From: the human T2T-CHM13v2.0 reference genome, Homo sapiens
Strand: one strand, 5' to 3'
NCBI RefSeq assembly: GCF_009914755.1
Contig: NC_060940.1
DNA length: 64,000 nt
Both the position numbers and the translations under genes were made by a program. Shown here piece by piece: positions 1-11,799 of the stretch (its first letter is position 1; every line of letters starts with the position of its first letter). The notes under the pieces are model-generated. The model made no database searches. It was given only the letters and a program-made list of their open reading frames with translations, and was not told the origin of the DNA.

Positions 1-629
1 TAGAAAACAAAGTAGAGTCAGAAGCAAAAACTGCTGATAACCACTCAAGCACCACTCAGGAAGAGAGGGCTGTAGTCAGAAACACAGCTGGACCATTCCC
101 AGGACAGATAAGTTCCACCTTGCAATGATTGCATAGCCCATTAATCATTTGAATTATTTTATGCTACTTGCTCTGATGCCATGCTCACCAACTCCACTTC
201 AGATCTCAGTTTCCATGTAGAAAATGACCAGCCTCTCTCACCCTCACCCTGCCCGAAGGAGACGGGAGTACTAGTTTCCTTGTACTGTGTCGTGCTAGCT
301 TTTTAATGGATTGCATCTGTTTGGGGAGCTTGATTAAAGGGCTCCCACCTCTGAAGATCAATTTGACTCTCCTTGCCCTGAAAAATCTTGTTTCTGTGCC
401 TGTGAGACTGAGCCAGATGTTCCCCTGGAGGCCTCTTGGGAGCCAGCAAGATGGCCTTTCTGGCACATTTCCTCTCTTCTCCCCACCCCTACCCCCATGC
501 ATATGCCAGAATTTCATCTTTGGCCATATGGCCTCACTTTAAAATAATAATAATAATAGTAGATAAGCACTTTAACAAGGATATTCTGGACACAGAGACT
601 TAATGAAAAGGAGAAACACTTGGATCTGC

Positions 630-768
630 ATGTCCATATGTGGCTATTTAAATTAATTCAAATTAAGTTAAATTAAAAATTTAGTTCCTCAGTTACTTGC
701 CACACGTCACGTGTCCAATAGCTACATGTGGCTAGTGGTTGCTGCATCTGACAGCACAGTTATAGAAC
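630..768 (-). mobile_element. MER3-like hAT-Charlie MITE
   Basis: atatgtggctatttaaatt...ttagttcctcagt...aatagctacatgtggctagtgg...gacagcacag matches recalled MER3/MER33 structure. Confidence 0.75.
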
Positions 769-1189
769 TGTTAGGAAAGGAGATAAGTGTGAACAGAGGC
801 ACTTTTTGAAGGCTCTCGAATCATCCCCCTTGGGCCTCCAGATGCTGCATCTATGAGTGAGGTCTAGTCACTTGCAGAGCCAGAATAAGTGAGGGCAGCA
901 GGACAAGAGGCCCAGGTCAATCTCTTAGGGCCTGGCTGATGTCCACCTCACCAGCCTCCTGTCTAGAGATGAACTTGAAATCAACTGGGAGTTCTTCGCA
1001 GGTGCGTCATCACTCTTCAGCAGCTGAGGGCTTGCAAAATTCCAAACCTTGGAGGAAACTCCAAACACCTCTTTCCTGGGACCTGCCGCTCACTGAAACT
1101 CCACAAAGGGGACCAGAGGGCAGTAAAAGAACAAGCCCTCTCAGCAAGATGGCCCTGCAAGCGCCAGGTTCTCTGCCAATTTGCTCATT

Positions 1190-1345
1190 CATTCCTCATC
1201 AGAGCTTCATGAGGATGGCAGGGCAGGATGACGAAGGCCACTTTATAGATGAGAAAACTGAGGCTCTTGGTAAAACACAGAAAAGTTTCAGGTGAAGCTA
1301 GAGTTTGTAATTTCCCAACTCCTGGCTTAGTGCTTCTTCCTCTTA
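1190..1345 (-). mobile_element. MIR relic
   Basis: MIR core ttatagatgagaaaactgaggct. Confidence 0.45.
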
Positions 1346-1610
1346 TATCGTGTTGCCTCTTTAGAAAACAGTTCCCAAGGTTGCAAACCATTTGCCCAAG
1401 TGGCAGAGGGTTGGGAAACATAGTTTGAAAAGGTGAAGATGTCTCTGCACAACTGACCTCTCAATGCCAGGCAATGGGTGAAGATCCAGAGGAGGCCCAG
1501 CTTGGATGACACGGTGGGGGCCTTGGGAAACACACTTCACTTGTGACAAGGAGTTCTGCTTTCCAATCTGTAGTGTGGGGATGGTGCTAATGCTAATTGA
1601 CTTTTCTTAG

Positions 1611-1671
1611 CCACATAGGGATGCTGGAATGATCGATGAGATCGTGGATGAGAAAAATCATCAGGAAGATG
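1611..1671 (+). other. Candidate internal exon (61 nt)
   Basis: gctaat branch-like motifs, cttttcttAG acceptor, purine-rich body, G|GTAAGA donor; frame 0 open (PHRDAGMIDEIVDEKNHQED); no protein recognised. Confidence 0.4.
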
Positions 1672-2294
1672 GTAAGAAGCCCAGAGGATTATAAGCCTCC
1701 TCCTTCTCAGAACCCAAACAAAAGTAAAGCTAAAATAAACAGGCACATTTTTTTCTTGCAGTTTTTCACTTTTATGAAAGAGATAAATGTCAAAGAAATC
1801 AAGTTTACTTCATACGGATTATATATAAATTTTCCCCTGGGAGTCCACGTGTCAGCAAAAGGTTCAGCTCAGCCTCCTATACTTACCCAGTTGGTGTCCA
1901 AAATAATGAGAATTACTCATAATGATGGAAAAGGCCCTACCAGACCGTGACGGGCCTTCTGAATCACCAGAAGCACATCCCTAGATTTGTATATAGCAGA
2001 TTTCACTATAGTATCATTATGTGGACGTTGGTAATCTATGTGTTGCATGTATGGCAGCCCTCTTTTAACAAAATATTGCCTTTTTCCCTAATTATTTTGG
2101 AAAAATGGGAATTTTATTCTATTACTGGAGAATTGTTTGGATTTGTCATTGACTTTTTTGAGGATGTGGGTGCTGAGGGGTGAAAAATTTTATTTTCCCT
2201 GAGTTTTAACTTTTGGTCTAGCTTTATGTTTCATATTATACGGGTTGCAGTAAATAATGTTTTAATCAGATGGGGTATGGAAAGTCTCACTAAG

Positions 2295-2591
2295 GGCCAG
2301 CCATAGTGACATGCATCTGTAATCCCAGCTACTCAGGAGGCTGAAGCAGGATTGCTTGAGTTCAGGAGTTTGAGACCAGCCTGGGGAACATAGCAAGACC
2401 CCATTTTTAAAAAGCATGTTAAGAATTAGCCAAGTGTGGTGCCATGCACCTATAGTCCCAACTACTCAGGAAGCTGGGGCCAGAGGATCACTTGAGCCCA
2501 AGAAGTTGAGGCTGCGGTGAGCTATGGTCACACCAGTGCACTCCAGCCTGGGCAATAGAGCAAGACCCTGTCTCTAAAAAAAAAAAAAAAA
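2295..2591 (+). mobile_element. AluJ
   Basis: Dimeric Alu with J-type positions (gagcccaag, gaccctgtctc), poly-A tail, TSD ggaaagtctcac(t/c)aa. Confidence 0.95.
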
Positions 2592-2669
2592 TGAAAGAAG
2601 GAAAGTCTCACCAAATAATAGGCTTCCAACAATAAAAGAGAAGAACAGCCAAAAGGAGAGAAAGAGAGA

Positions 2670-2670
<1 letters not shown>

Positions 2671-2724
<54 letters not shown>
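2671..2724. repeat. (TG)22(AG)5 compound microsatellite
   Basis: Directly visible. Confidence 0.97.
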
Positions 2725-2725
<1 letters not shown>

Positions 2726-3568
2726 AAGATAAAGAGAAACTGAGCCAACAGTAGTGCTTCTTCCGGTAAATCCTGTACCATCAAGTTCCCACCTGTGAGT
2801 GAAAGGATTTCTAAGCCCCCCAAGAGAGTTTACAGGGCTGACTCCAATTCTCACAAAGCAAAAGTCTACACATATCTAATAGCCTTTCCCAGCTACACCA
2901 ATTCTAATCTAAGAATCATCCTGAAGCACATTGCAAGTGGCTGACAGAATCAGACTTTATTGAGTGTAATGCTGTCTAATGGAATTCTCCAGGCAATATT
3001 TCTTAGCTTTTCAGATGATTCTCATTTCAGCTCAAGCCTATTGATCTCCTGCCAGATGATCTGGGCAGCTATGTCACTGTTTACTGAGATGCTTCCATCA
3101 GTGCCCTGTGTTAACCACCATTCAGCTAAATGAGGTTCCTTTTCCTTTTCACCCCAGTCTGGTTCTCCCTTACCATTTCACTAGAGCAGGATGCACACCT
3201 GGAGGATTTTATTACCTTGCCAGGAAAGTGACGCTTGTCCCAAGTTACCTTTTCTCCCTAAGTCAAAACCATTCCACCCATTCACTTAACATACATTTTA
3301 GACCATTCAAACTAAGGCTTGTCCCCTCAAGCTCAGTTAAATTACCAGAGTTAATCCGAACCCAATTTCCCATGTAAAATGTGCACACGCATGTGCTTAG
3401 GGAAAAGGTTGACAAGGTACTGTATGTAAGTATAGGTTGCACTCCGTAAATAGACAAGAGAAAAGTCTTTGTGATTACATTTTTTTGTATTCAAAATGTA
3501 CACTTTTCAATCCATCTGGACTCTATCAAGAGTCCTCTTCTCTGTGGCCTCTCTCTAGGATTCTTCAT

Positions 3569-3596
3569 CTGCAGTGAGCTATGGTCACACCAGTGC
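3569..3596 (+). repeat. 28-bp isolated Alu fragment, copy of 2512-2539
   Basis: 27/28 identity to the neighbouring AluJ including its non-consensus bases. Confidence 0.85.
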
Positions 3597-3764
3597 TTCA
3601 CGAGAATGGAGCCCTTCAGGGACCTGTCTGGATTGTCCAATTGTATCTGAGACAACTGCCCAAAGCAGAAGCCCAGGCTTCATCTGGGATCAGAGGGGAG
3701 GGATGAAGGAACTGGAGAGTGCAGATACCAAGCAAAGGAACTGCATCAACCACTGTGGAGACCA

Positions 3765-3965
3765 TTCCATCGTGGACAAAACAAGGCCTGAGAACCAAAA
3801 TGTCTGGGCGCTTATCCAGGCCAGCCACCTGCTCACTTATGACCTTTCTTGAAGATACCTAACCTCTCTGAGCCTGATAATTTCATTAGAAAAATGAGGA
3901 TAAGAAGTGCCCATGTTCCTTCCAGAAAGAAACGAGGCTACACCTGTGAAAACGCTTCATAATTT
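3765..3965 (+). mobile_element. MIR relic
   Basis: acctaacctctctgagcct...aaaatgaggataag...tgtgaaaacgctt. Confidence 0.55.
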
Positions 3966-3967
3966 TT

Positions 3968-4305
3968 TGTTTCAGTCAGGTTTGGCTAGGGTATGGTGCA
4001 GTAACAAGCAATCCCAAACATCTCAGTGGTTTACCACCACCAAAGTCTATTTCATTCATGGTACATTCCCCATGGCAGTGGGACTCCACTCCTGATGGTA
4101 CCAGGGACGCAGGTGATGGGGCTCTATGCTGACAGCTGCTTCCACAGTTCCCATGCCAGGGGGACAGGGATGTAGTGAATCATGCACAAGCTCTTGAATC
4201 TTCCATCCAGAAGGGGCAGATATCACTTCTGCTAACATTTTGTTCACTAAATCAAGTCAGACGGCCATGCCTACCTTCAAAGAGATGAAGAAGCACAATT
4301 CTGTT
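3968..4305 (-). mobile_element. Old MaLR solo LTR (MLT1J/K/L-like)
   Basis: tgtttcagtcagg...gcagtaacaagcaatcccaaacatctcagtggttta...atcacttctgctaacatttt...aagtca..ggccatgccta. Confidence 0.7.
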
Positions 4306-4809
4306 AAGAGCAAAGGTGCTCTGTAAAACTAATCAACCCAAAGTTTTAGTCTCCTTGCTTACACAAGCCCCTTCCAGTCCCCAGGAGACGCCGAAGCAAC
4401 ACATTTACATGGCCATGCACTTTGTTAAATGTGTAAAGTAAGATCTTTTTGTATATTTTATACATTTATATAAACTTTAGGCCTCATAAAACCTGAATCT
4501 GTTCTAGATAGGAAGAACCACCGGAATGTTTGTGAATAGCTGCGAAGAATAATGAGAATTACCTATGTAAAATGAGCTTTTTAAACATGCTATTCTGTTC
4601 TACCAAGCTGATATAGAACCAGCCGATGGATAGCGTTTGACCTAAAAAATAAGGCTTAGGGAGAGAGTGATGATGACTAGGCTTCCTCTGCCCATCTTCT
4701 TCTCTTGGCCCCAAGCCCTCTTGCCACCTCCTGCTTTATCTGAGCTTGAGTCTTACCTCCCCATTAGATCACAAACTACTAGAGAACATAGACTGTGAGC
4801 TATAGGCTT

Positions 4810-4960
4810 CTAAGATTTTAGATTTGGATATGGCTTTAAAGGTCATATAGTATTATTTAGCCCAATCCGAGAACTTAAAGAGGAGAGGGACTTGTCAAGG
4901 TCACACAACTAACAGGAAGAGCCAGGTCTCCAAACTTTGAGTCAGTACACTTTTCTTTGT
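4810..4960 (-). mobile_element. MIR relic
   Basis: ggacttgtcaaggtcacacaacta. Confidence 0.5.
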
Positions 4961-5194
4961 ATCTCTCACATGGGTCATTAAATACATACATATTACTTGG
5001 GGAAACATATTACAAGATCAGTTAAGATGAGAAGTGGTGTCATTGTCACTATTGAGATGTCATTACTTCCTAGCCCTGCAATAGCAAGCAATATCCCAAG
5101 TTGCACACCAAATATCTCTATCCTTTCAACACTGATCATCACCATCTTTACCTCAGTTTCCAGACTTAAGGCAAAGCCAAGGGGAAAGTCCTTA

Positions 5195-7080
5195 TACATC
5201 ACATTTCCTAATCCTTCCCACAAAGGCAGCACGCCCCCCAGTCCATCCCATCCACACAACAGACTCCCCACTTTTCTCCAACCATGCACCACATTCCTGG
5301 GTCATCTCATCCACTCAGTAGATTCCCCAGTCCTCCTCATCTACCCACAATATTCTTCAATCATCCCTGTTTATTAAATAGACACCTCGGATCTCCCCAT
5401 TTACACACATATTCCACATTTCTTTCCATCCACACTCCCCAAACCTCCTCAATCATGTACCACTCTCCTCAGTCCTCCCCATTTATGCACCACACTCCCC
5501 AGTTCTCGCCATCTACATACCAAACTCTGCAGTCCTCCCCATCCACACACCATGCTCCCCAGTCCTCAGCCTCTGCCCAAGACACTCTACAATCCTCATT
5601 CACACACCACACTCTGTAGTCCTCCCCATCCATACATCACATTCCCCAATCTTCCCTGTTCACAAACCACATTTTTGAGTCCTCCTTGTCCATGCAACAG
5701 ACTTTCCAATCAACTTTATCCACACACCATACTCCACAGCCCGCGTCATACACATGCTACAATCTCCAGTCCTCCCCCTGCATGCACCACACTTCTCAGT
5801 CCTCCTCCTTTACACACCACACCTCCCAAAGCTCCCAATCCACACACCAACTCCCCAGACCTTCCCATTATCCAGGCACAACACTATCGAATTCTCACCC
5901 TCTGCACAACACACTCCAGCATCCTCCCCACCCATGCACCAAATTTCTCAGTCCTCCCCATTCACACAACAAATTCCTCAGTTCTCTCTGTCTGAGCAAT
6001 AGGTTCCACAGTCCACCCTATCTACACACCATATTCCTCAGTTCTCACATCCACAGACAACACTCCCCAGCCCTCACCATTTATGCATCACATACTTCAG
6101 TCTCCCCCACCTTTACAAACACTCCTTGGTCCTCCCCATTCATGCACCACACTCCCCAGTCTTCCCCACTAATGCACCACACTTCTGTCCATCCTCACAC
6201 CACACTCCTCAGTCCTCTCCATCCTTACACCACGATCCTTGGTCCTCCCCAACCTTATACCTCACTCCTCAGTCCTTCCCATCCATATACCACACTCCTC
6301 AGTCCTCCCCATTCATGCACCACACACCTCAGTTCTCTCCATTCATGCACCACACACTTCAGTCCTCTCTGTTCATGCACCACACTCCTCAGTCCTCATC
6401 ATTCATGCATCACACTCATCAGTCCTCCCCATTTATGTACCATGCTCTCTGATCCTGCCCATTCATTCACCATGTACCTCATTCCTCTCCATTCATGCAC
6501 CACACTCTTCAGTTCTCCTCATTCATGCACCACACTCCCTAGTCCTCCCCATTCATCCACCACACTCCCCAGTTCTCCCCATTTATGCACCACACTCTCT
6601 GGTCCTCCCCATTCATGTACTATGCACCGCAGTCCTCCCCATTCAGGCACCACACTCTCTAGTCCTCACCATTCATGCGCCACACTCCCCAGTTCTCCCT
6701 ATTGATGCACCACAGTCCCTGGTCCTCCCCATTCATGCACCACACTCTTTGGTCCTCCCCATTCATGCACCACACTCCCTAGTCCTCACCATTCAGGCAC
6801 CACACTTCTCAGTCCTCCTCATTTATGCACCATACTTCCTGGGCCTCCCCATTCATGCACCACACTTTCTGGTCCTCCCCATTCATGCACCACACTCCTC
6901 AGTCCTCCCCATTCATGCACCACACTCCTCAGTCCTCCCCATTCATGCACCACACTCCCCAGTCTTTCCTATCCATATGCCACACTTCCCAGTTTTTCCC
7001 ATTCACATACAATATTACCCAGTCCTCTCCATCCACACAATATACATCCACACACCACACTATATCCTCCATTCCACCTC
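5195..7080. repeat. 30-bp-unit minisatellite, consensus CACACTCCTCAGTCCTCCCCATTCATGCAC, about 60 units
   Basis: Exact 30-bp register for 28 units at 6201-7040; more degenerate units with small indels at 5195-6200. Confidence 0.95.
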
Positions 7081-7089
7081 TTCATAATC

Positions 7090-7390
7090 ACATAGACTAT
7101 TACAGCTAAAAAGGAACTTGGGACCCATTTGTTTAATCTGCATATCTTATTTATTTATTTATTTATTTTAGAGATGGGGTCTCACTATGTTACCCAGGCT
7201 GGCCCCAACCTTCCAGGCTCAAGTGATCTTCCCACCTCAGCTTCTGGAATAGCTGGGTTAGAGGCCCTATATTTTATAAATGTGGAAATGATTTTCAGAG
7301 AAATTAAACAGTCTGTTTCCTAGGACCTCTTATGTTAAAGGAAAGCTCAGGGATCCTGATTCTAGAGCAGCTGTACTTCCACTCTTCCAA
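7090..7390 (-). mobile_element. MIR relic interrupted by an Alu monomer
   Basis: acagctaaaaaggaacttgggaccc...attttataaatgtggaaatga...cagagaaattaa. Confidence 0.5.
7147..7264 (-). mobile_element. FLAM/FAM Alu monomer
   Basis: (ttta)n tail followed by gagatggggtctcactatgttacccaggctgg...ctcaagtgatcttcccacctcagc. Confidence 0.85.
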
Positions 7391-7762
7391 ATCTCTGAAA
7401 TACGGAGGAGAATCTTATCATTCACTTTACTAATGAATAACACTAAGTGTCTAAGGAATGGTAAAGACCGTTACTGATTATTGTTTATAATCTGATTGCT
7501 CTAACCTTGATAATGCAGTTGAATGACTAAGTGTTATTTAGGGAGATACTTTTCTCTGTGTGTGTGGAGAAAATTTCTGCCTAGAAGCATTGGCCAATTT
7601 TTGTTTTAGAACATGACACTATGCCTTCTTGGAGGGTCTTCTCCAGAAGTTCTCAGCTGCAGAAGGAAAAGAGCATGAGACTTCTTTGCAGTTGGTGACC
7701 CCCTTGCTGCACGTTGCAGCCTTCCGACACGGTCACCGGGCATCTTCACCTAGTACGATAGG

Positions 7763-7801
7763 TGCATCAGTCAGAGTGCGGGGGGTGGGGGGGAATAGAT
7801 G

Positions 7802-7834
<33 letters not shown>

Positions 7835-8148
7835 AATAAGTTGGAGATAGTTTAACAAAGGGACTATTTATGAAGTTGTGACCAAGGTGTGGAGAAACCA
7901 CAAGAGACAGTGCACTATCCCAGGGCCCGTAACAGCAGGGCTGCATGAGTAGGGTTGGGGACCAGTCATGGATCCCAAAAGTAGAGAACCATCCTGGGAG
8001 AGAACCATCTGACAGGACCTGCTTTTCAGTGGAAGGCAGCAGCCAGTTTATAGAGAAACCACAGGGAAAGAGATGCAGGAATAAACACCCTGACTTTGTT
8101 TTTCTCCTTCTCTCAACATTTCCCACCGGGGCTTCCCATTGGCCAGAA
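7763..8148 (-). mobile_element. LTR33-like ERVL solo LTR
   Basis: tgcatcagtcagag...agatggcaca...gtttaacaaagggactattta...gaaaccacaagagacagtgcactatcccagggc...cccattggcca. Confidence 0.7.
7803..7832. repeat. (CA)15 microsatellite inside the LTR
   Basis: Directly visible. Confidence 0.97.
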
Positions 8149-9647
8149 GAAAAACATGTTCTTGGATTTAATCTGAACAGATAACTGCTCTGAGTGGGAA
8201 AATGATGGACGATGCCACTGGCAAGGCAAATAGGAGATATCAGCACAATTTACTCCAACACTCTCCATCTCTAAAAACTACCTTGGCAATCACATTGAAA
8301 GTGGAAAGTCCTTCCTCCCAAAGGCCGTCTCCTCTTCCTGCCACCAGGGAAAATATCACACCCAGTGTTAGAGGCCCAGAATCCCAATCTTAGAGATTTA
8401 CAGAAGCTCTCCAGCCAGGCTCATTCTCTTACATCTGTGGCTTATAGGAAAAATATTCTTGTCTAATTTAAGCCCATTTCACTGCGTGTTAAGTTTGTTT
8501 CTACTGATTCTGTCCTCTGAGGAGCTGAAACATGGTGACTCCCTTGGCAATGGAGAGCACCACGGGTTGAAGGTGAGAAGATGATGTCTAGTCTTTTCTC
8601 CATTCCTGCCAGCAGTACCTGAGGCAAATCACTCCATCGCTCTGTGCTCCTCTTAGCTGTCAGGTATTTCACCAGAAGAAAATTACTGCTTTTTAAGTGA
8701 TGTAGAAAAAAAGTACACTTATACCAGGGAGAGAGTTTTTTGTTTTTTTTTTGATGATTACATCCTGAAATAGAAAATTTCTCAAGGTATCCTTGAAGAT
8801 GATCATTAAATACTTTCACCCACAAAACCATTTATTTAACATGGTCTAACCCTACTTTCCTCAATTTTTCATTATAAAGGTGTGTTTTCAGCTTTTTAGA
8901 TTTTTCCTTGATCCTTACCAAGATGAATTTATTTCTCATGAGCTTCTTTTTAGTATCATTTCTAAGAGGATCAATCTGAGCTGCTTAAAGCCTTCCTGGT
9001 GTTTGTTCTGTGAACACCTGCTCAGAGCACTTATGCCACGTAGGATTTCCTCCTCAATTCACTGCCCGAGTTAGAACAGAGCACCTAATCACTCCCACAT
9101 CTCAGCCAGCCCAGCTACCCCTGGTCCCTCTTTTTGGCCTGGGAATGGAAATATTAGCAGTTTCTCTCCTGCTGCTTAGTACAGCCTCCAAAATATCTAC
9201 CTACTGTTTCAGACTGGCCAGGGTCATCACTATTTTCTAGCCACAGTACATTTTCAAAGTTCAACTGGCTCCTATAGCTTATCTGTCCTAACTCTCTTGT
9301 TTTACAAATAAGGGAACCAAATAAAGAGACATGAAGAGGCAACCTTTATGAAATAATTTCAGACTGTTATAAGTTTGTTTCCCCAAACATAACTGTTCAC
9401 AAATTTCTCAAATCATTTAAAAAATATTTTGTGATTAAATGAACTAAAAAGAAAAAGAAAAAAACCTAGGGCAACATAACAATATATGTTTGATAAAATG
9501 TAAACTGAAAATGTATCATATAAAAATCTAGGTATCATTTGTAAATGGGAAAGATCTAAAAAGTAACATGGATAAAAATATTGACTTGATTAGGTAATAG
9601 AACCATGGGAATTTAAAATTCCAAAATTTGAAAATGAATAAAAAGAG

Positions 9648-11770
9648 AACATCCAGTCTGGACAAGATTACATAGACTTGTTTCTCCCTAATCCTCCCTG
9701 CTAAGTATAACCATAAACCCATATAAAATGCAAGAGGCAGTCAAAGGATTCTGAGTGTTGTGAAGAGGAAAGAGGACTTGCTAGGGACCTCAGAACCACA
9801 GAGAAGCATAGCAGCAGGGCATCTTCTGATCTCCCATCCAGCAGAAAAAAGCAATTCGGGTCCAATGTTTTCAATCCCCAATCTATAAACAGAAAGCACT
9901 CAGGTAGCTCATTCCTCCCCTAGATCGAATGGGAGCCCCACTGTCAACACCTGGTATGCCTGATGGCACCAGCAACTGGAGTCAAACAAGAACCTCACTG
10001 ACAATGAGTGACCAGGAAAAGTGGTCTCCAACCCCATTGGGCTTGAAACTCCTCTCCCTCAATGAGAGACACCAGGTATCCAAGGAACACCAGCAAAAGG
10101 GATTCTACCAAAACAAGTGGCCCAGCCTAGGAAGCCTTTTGATTCCCATAGGCCTGAGATTCCCCTATCCCATGGATACTCTTGGCACAGTATGGGAAAA
10201 CCTCTTCTGCTGTCTCAGGCAGTACCAGCAGGGACCAGTGGGAGGGCTAGCAACATCCAATAAACCAAACAGACCAAAATAACACTGCAAAGCTCTAAAA
10301 ATTAAACTTTTATCAGACCACAGCCAATAACAGTAGGCCAGAACTGTGTGCTAAACTTAAAATGACTGCCTGTTAAAATAAAAAACAGTACTAACCCAAA
10401 CTCCTAACATAATAACCAAAATGTCCAGGATACAATCAGAAATCACACTGATCATACCAAGAAACAGAAAAACCACAACTTTAATGGGAAAAAATAATCA
10501 ACTGGTGCCAACATCAAGATATATCAGATGTTGAGATTGTCCATCAAGTACTTTAGAGCAGCCATCATAAAAATGCTTTAATAAGAAATTATAAATTATT
10601 TGGAAACAAATGGAAAAATTAGAATCTTTCTACAAAGACGTATAAACTGTAAAAAAGAACCACGTGGGAATTATATAACTGAAAAATACCATAACAGAAA
10701 TTAAAAACATGCTGGATGTGTTCAATAGTAGAATGGAAATGACAGAAAATAGAATGAGTGACCTAGAGGACAGATCAATAAAATTCACCCATTCTAAACA
10801 ACAGAGAGAAAATCATTTTTAAAAATTACTCAAATTTTTTCCTGTTAAACAGGAAAAAAGACAGGGCCTGCAAGACTTGTGGAACAATAGCATTGGTATT
10901 ACTGGAGACTCAGAAGCAAAAAGAAAGAGTGGAGCTGTCGGATATATTAAAGAAATAATTGATTTTTAAAAACTTCCAAAATTTGATGAAAAACATAAGT
11001 TGACAAATTAGAAAAGGTGAGTTAACCTCAAATTTGATAAATCAAAAAGTATCCAGGCCAAGTCACAATGTGATTAAATTTTTGAAAATTAAAAATGAAG
11101 AAAAAATTCTTGAAAGCAGCCAGAGAAAAACATCAGTTTAATTATGGCGGAAAACAATTTGAATGACAGCAGATTTCTCAGCTGAAACCATGGGGGCCAG
11201 GGCAAGTGGCATAATATTTGTCAAGTGCTGAAAGAAAGGAATTGTCAACTATAAATTCCATAGCAAGCAAAACTATCCTTCAGAAATTTAAGAAAAAAAA
11301 AAGACTTTCTCAAATGAAAGAAAACTAAAAGAAATTGTCACTAGAAGGACTTCTCTTAAGAATGGGTAAAGGAAGTTTAACATGTAGAGAGAAAAAATTA
11401 AAGAAGGAAACTTGAAGCTTTCAGAAAGAAGAGACAACAATAAAAATATAGGCACATACAATAGACTACACTTCTCATGACTTGTAGAAATAATATTTGA
11501 TGGTTGAAACAAAAATTATAACTCCTTCTGATACTTAAAACAATAATATTTAAAAATGGGGAAGACAAAGGGAAGTAAGGTTTTCACACTTCACTGGAAC
11601 TGATAAAATATCGACACTAGATGATGATATGGAATATGTATATTGTAATGCCAGAAAAAAACACTAAGAAAACTTCATACAATGTACACTCAGAAACACT
11701 AAAAACAATAAATAGGAGTAAATAGTATCTAAAAAGATAATAGTAAAAAAATTGCAAATAATTGAAAAGA
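9648..11770 (+). mobile_element. Old L1M 5' portion (5'UTR plus decayed ORF1)
   Basis: Starts ..ggacaagattacatagac; ORF1-like A-rich text (ttgaaagcagccagagaaaaa, acagcagatttctcagctgaaaccatgggggccag); many stops. Confidence 0.85.
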
Positions 11771-11799
11771 GAAAAAAGATAAAGAAGCATTAAAGATCA

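Noticed and set aside
5461-7040. PRDM9 (CCNCCNTNNCCNC) or metal-response element (TGCRCNC) array
   Set aside because: The consensus unit mismatches both motifs; only occasional partial matches occur.
5195-7080. CRISPR-like regular 30-bp periodicity
   Set aside because: Units are head-to-tail with no unique spacers, there are no cas genes, and the DNA is primate.
5686-7087. 339-aa and 282-aa ORFs as mucin-like CDS
   Set aside because: Non-ATG starts, overlapping frames, no splice context, and openness is explained by a stop-free unit whose length is a multiple of 3. Kept only as a low-interest finding.
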